The notes under the pieces were generated by a model. It had not been told where the DNA came from and searched no databases. It worked only from the letters and a program-made list of their open reading frames with translations. A DNA stretch of 64,000 bases, from contig CBDCCI010000001.1 in assembly GCA_965214705.1 (NCBI GenBank), forward strand, positions 480,001 through 544,000, given 5' to 3'. Of this stretch, positions 61,613 to 64,000 are shown piece by piece. This DNA is from Alphaproteobacteria bacterium (GTDB taxonomy: Bacteria; Pseudomonadota; Alphaproteobacteria; UBA828). Position 1 is the first letter of the stretch. Each line of letters begins with the position of its first letter. Made by a program: the position numbers and the translations under genes.

Positions 61613-64000
61613 CCCGGTGCCGTGAACTTGCGCTTGCGTGCCTCGCTCATCGACCACGGCAGCCAGGGCGACAGGTCGTCCGGCGGCTTGCCGCCGTTCT
61701 TTGCGCAGGCGTCCAGCCATGCCTTCAGCCAGCGCAGCACGTCGATGCCGTTCATCGAGAGCGTGCCCACGACCGAGTACATGATCGCAATGAACGTCGC
61801 GCCGTCCTCGCTGTTGGAACCGAAGCTCAACTTCCTGCCGATGGACGGCCCGCGGAGCACGCGCTCGGCCGTGTTGTTGTCCATGGGGACCAGGGGGTGG
61901 TCGACGAAGACGCACAACCCCTCGCGATGCCTGAGCAGCGAGCGCAGGGCCTTGGCCTTGCGCCCCTTCTTCGGCAGGCCGGCCAACTCCGCCCCGGCGT
62001 CCGCGAACAGACCCTCGACCGCCTTCCTCAACGCGTCCTGCGCCGCGTCGAACGCCGGTGTCCGGCGTTCGAGGGAGGCGTCGTAATGCTTCAGCCTCTC
62101 GTCGTTCAGGTTGTAGATCTCCCCGATCCGCTCGATCCATCTCTCGCACCAGCGGGTGAGCCGCACATGGCCGGCGGCGCAGTCGATAAAGGTCCGCCTC
62201 TGGTGCGCCCAACAGAAGCAGAGGATCACCTTGCCGTCGAGTTCGCGCGCGAGCTTCCTGTAGGCGCTGAACCGGTCGCAGACCACGAGCACGGTGCAGG
62301 CGGTATCGCCGAACAGGGTTTTGGCCACCTCGGCGCTGCGCGAGGGGTCGATAAGGAAGTAGACCGTGTCCCGGCTGACCGAAGTCCACAGCCAGGCGCG
62401 GCTCGAGCGGCCGTTCCGGCGGAACTCCTGCACGCGCCAGCCGGTCTCGTCGGCATGGCGCAGCGCCGCCTTGTTCTGGTGCGCGAGGATCGCCTCGTGG
62501 ATCGGCTCGAACAGCGGCACGAAGCGCTTCTGGCTGTCGGCCAGCGTGCCCGGCGAGACCGGCAGGCCCTGGTCGGCATACCACGCCGCGACCCGGCTCA
62601 GCGGGCGGAAGCACGCACAGTGCTCGAACAGGAACCGTGCCCAGAAGCTGGTCCCGTAGAGCGTTCCCGGGAACAGCCGCGCCGCCGGCGGCGCGATCGC
62701 CTCCAGCGGCGACGACGGGCACTCGCAGCCCCGGCGCCAGCGCGGGCGGACGATCCTGCGGATATGGGCCTTGACCTCGATCTCGATGACGTTCGTCGAG
62801 TGCTCGCCGTTGGCGACGTAGGGCTTGCCGCAACAGGAGCAGACGCGCGCATCCTTCGGCGGGTTGCGCCGCTCCTCCTTCTCCCGCAGACCGGCTCGCT
62901 GGGTGCGGCCGTGGCCGGGCGCGCCGGGCTGCTGGCCGCGCGTGCGCCCCGTGCCCGCCTTCTTCTGCTTCTCGCTCCTGCTGCCGAACAGCGCCTTCGA
63001 CAGAACGGAGCGGGTCGAGCGGAGCTTCTCGACCCGGGATTCCAGCGTCTCGACGCGGGAGGTCAGCGTCGCCGTCTCGGCCTCCAGCGCCGCCCCCTTG
63101 GCCCTCAACTCCCGCACCTCGGTGCGCAGCCGGGCGTTGCGTTGGCGCAGCGATTCGACAAGGCCCTTCGCCCGCGCGGTCGCTGCACGGAGCTGAGCGA
63201 TCCGCCTGCGCAGCGGGGCCAGCATGGCCCGCCGTTCCCGCGAAGCCTCCACGCAGAACGCGTTCCGCCGGTCGATCTCCCGGTTCAGCCCGTCGACCTC
63301 GTCGCGATGCCAGGCATCGAGCCGAAGCTCGCGCTCGTGGGAGTTGCACAGCGCCGAGTGAAGACCGGCGTTCTCGCCGGCCAGCCGCTTGCACCGTCTC
63401 TCCGAGGCCCTCGCCGCCTTCTGCAACGCGACATTCTCCGCGCGCAGCGCCTTGTTCGTATCGGTCAGGCTCGCCGACGCCGACGCCTGCTCGCTCAGAG
63501 CCGCGACCTCGCCCTTCAGCCGTGCCACCTCCTTGTTCAGCCGCACCGCTTCCTTGTTCAGCCGCACCGCTTCCTTGCGCGAGCCGCGCAGTTCCGCACG
63601 CAGTGCCTCGTTCGTGTCTTTCTGCCCCTGCGCCTGCTCCTGCGAGCGCTCCAGCGCCCTGTGCAGCCCCCGAATCTCCTGGGATCGACGGCCGGATGTG
63701 TCGTTCCGGGCTTTCGATGCCGGGGCCTGGTGCGCTCCACGGGTATTCCTCGGCACCGGACCGCTCGCGCCCTTGCCAGCCTCTGCCTTGCGCAGAGAAG
63801 TACGGAGCCGGCGAACATCGTTGAGCAGCTCCTGCACGCGCGCTTCGGCCGCGTCCGCCCGCGCCCGCTCCGTCTCCGCGCAGGCTCGCGCCTGCTCGTA
63901 CAGAGATTGCCCGTCGCGCGGCTCCGACACCACGGCCGCCGTCGAGGGCAGCCAGACCCCGTCGTCGCCTTCGATCGACGCCAGCGCCGCCCCGGAATCC
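61609..64000 (-). CDS. IS66-family transposase with long coiled coil (start just beyond the window)
   Basis: HADETGW, CWAHQRR and DNNTAER motifs. The N-terminal EGDDG.W motif at the window edge matches the paralog. Confidence 0.88.
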   Translation of the reverse strand, partial: DSGAALASIEGDDGVWLPSTAAVVSEPRDGQSLYEQARACAETERARADAAEARVQELLNDVRRLRTSLRKAEAGKGASGPVPRNTRGAHQAPASKARNDTSGRRSQEIRGLHRALERSQEQAQGQKDTNEALRAELRGSRKEAVRLNKEAVRLNKEVARLKGEVAALSEQASASASLTDTNKALRAENVALQKAARASERRCKRLAGENAGLHSALCNSHERELRLDAWHRDEVDGLNREIDRRNAFCVEASRERRAMLAPLRRRIAQLRAATARAKGLVESLRQRNARLRTEVRELRAKGAALEAETATLTSRVETLESRVEKLRSTRSVLSKALFGSRSEKQKKAGTGRTRGQQPGAPGHGRTQRAGLREKEERRNPPKDARVCSCCGKPYVANGEHSTNVIEIEVKAHIRRIVRPRWRRGCECPSSPLEAIAPPAARLFPGTLYGTSFWARFLFEHCACFRPLSRVAAWYADQGLPVSPGTLADSQKRFVPLFEPIHEAILAHQNKAALRHADETGWRVQEFRRNGRSSRAWLWTSVSRDTVYFLIDPSRSAEVAKTLFGDTACTVLVVCDRFSAYRKLARELDGKVILCFCWAHQRRTFIDCAAGHVRLTRWCERWIERIGEIYNLNDERLKHYDASLERRTPAFDAAQDALRKAVEGLFADAGAELAGLPKKGRKAKALRSLLRHREGLCVFVDHPLVPMDNNTAERVLRGPSIGRKLSFGSNSEDGATFIAIMYSVVGTLSMNGIDVLRWLKAWLDACAKNGGKPPDDLSPWLPWSMSEARKRKFTAPG

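Larger units (their letters stand above)
60694..64000 (-). mobile_element. Second IS66-DUF4338 element (runs off the window)
   Basis: IS66-type terminus GTAAGCC at 60694; same gene pair as 50842-53957. Confidence 0.75.

Noticed and set aside
60731-63394. 887-aa DUF4338 ORF
   Set aside because: The upstream part overlaps the transposase out of frame; the paralog supports a start at 61612.

Overview
High-GC, probably alphaproteobacterial accessory DNA. It begins with an outer-membrane cluster (TbpB-like lipoprotein, Slam, DUF3187, beta-barrel), followed by an ICE/plasmid leading-region backbone (DUF2493, Toprim, ssb, Zn-knuckle protein, IHF-like, orphan mreB) that is densely covered by nested mobile elements. 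These include six near-identical copies of a 2,666-bp tyrosine-recombinase + IS91-type HUH/Y2 transposon (element A) and a divergent relative (element B). There is also a group II intron, a RIT (recombinase-in-trio) element, IS1182/IS5-like, IS1634, IS1111 and IS66 elements, two IS66-DUF4338 elements and a MITE. Three observations stand out. (1) Element A has Helitron2-like asymmetric ends, makes no target duplication, and its terminal 19-bp hairpin loop occurs in both flip (TCTC) and flop (GAGA) orientation among copies. (2) The RIT has 955-bp inverted arms, each carrying an intact homolog of the Toprim gene it inserted into. (3) The IS1111 right end contains candidate bridge-RNA guides that spell the conserved YNSC motif of IS91 transposases, which is where it inserted. 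Coordinates were read by eye and family assignments come from motif recognition, not database searches.
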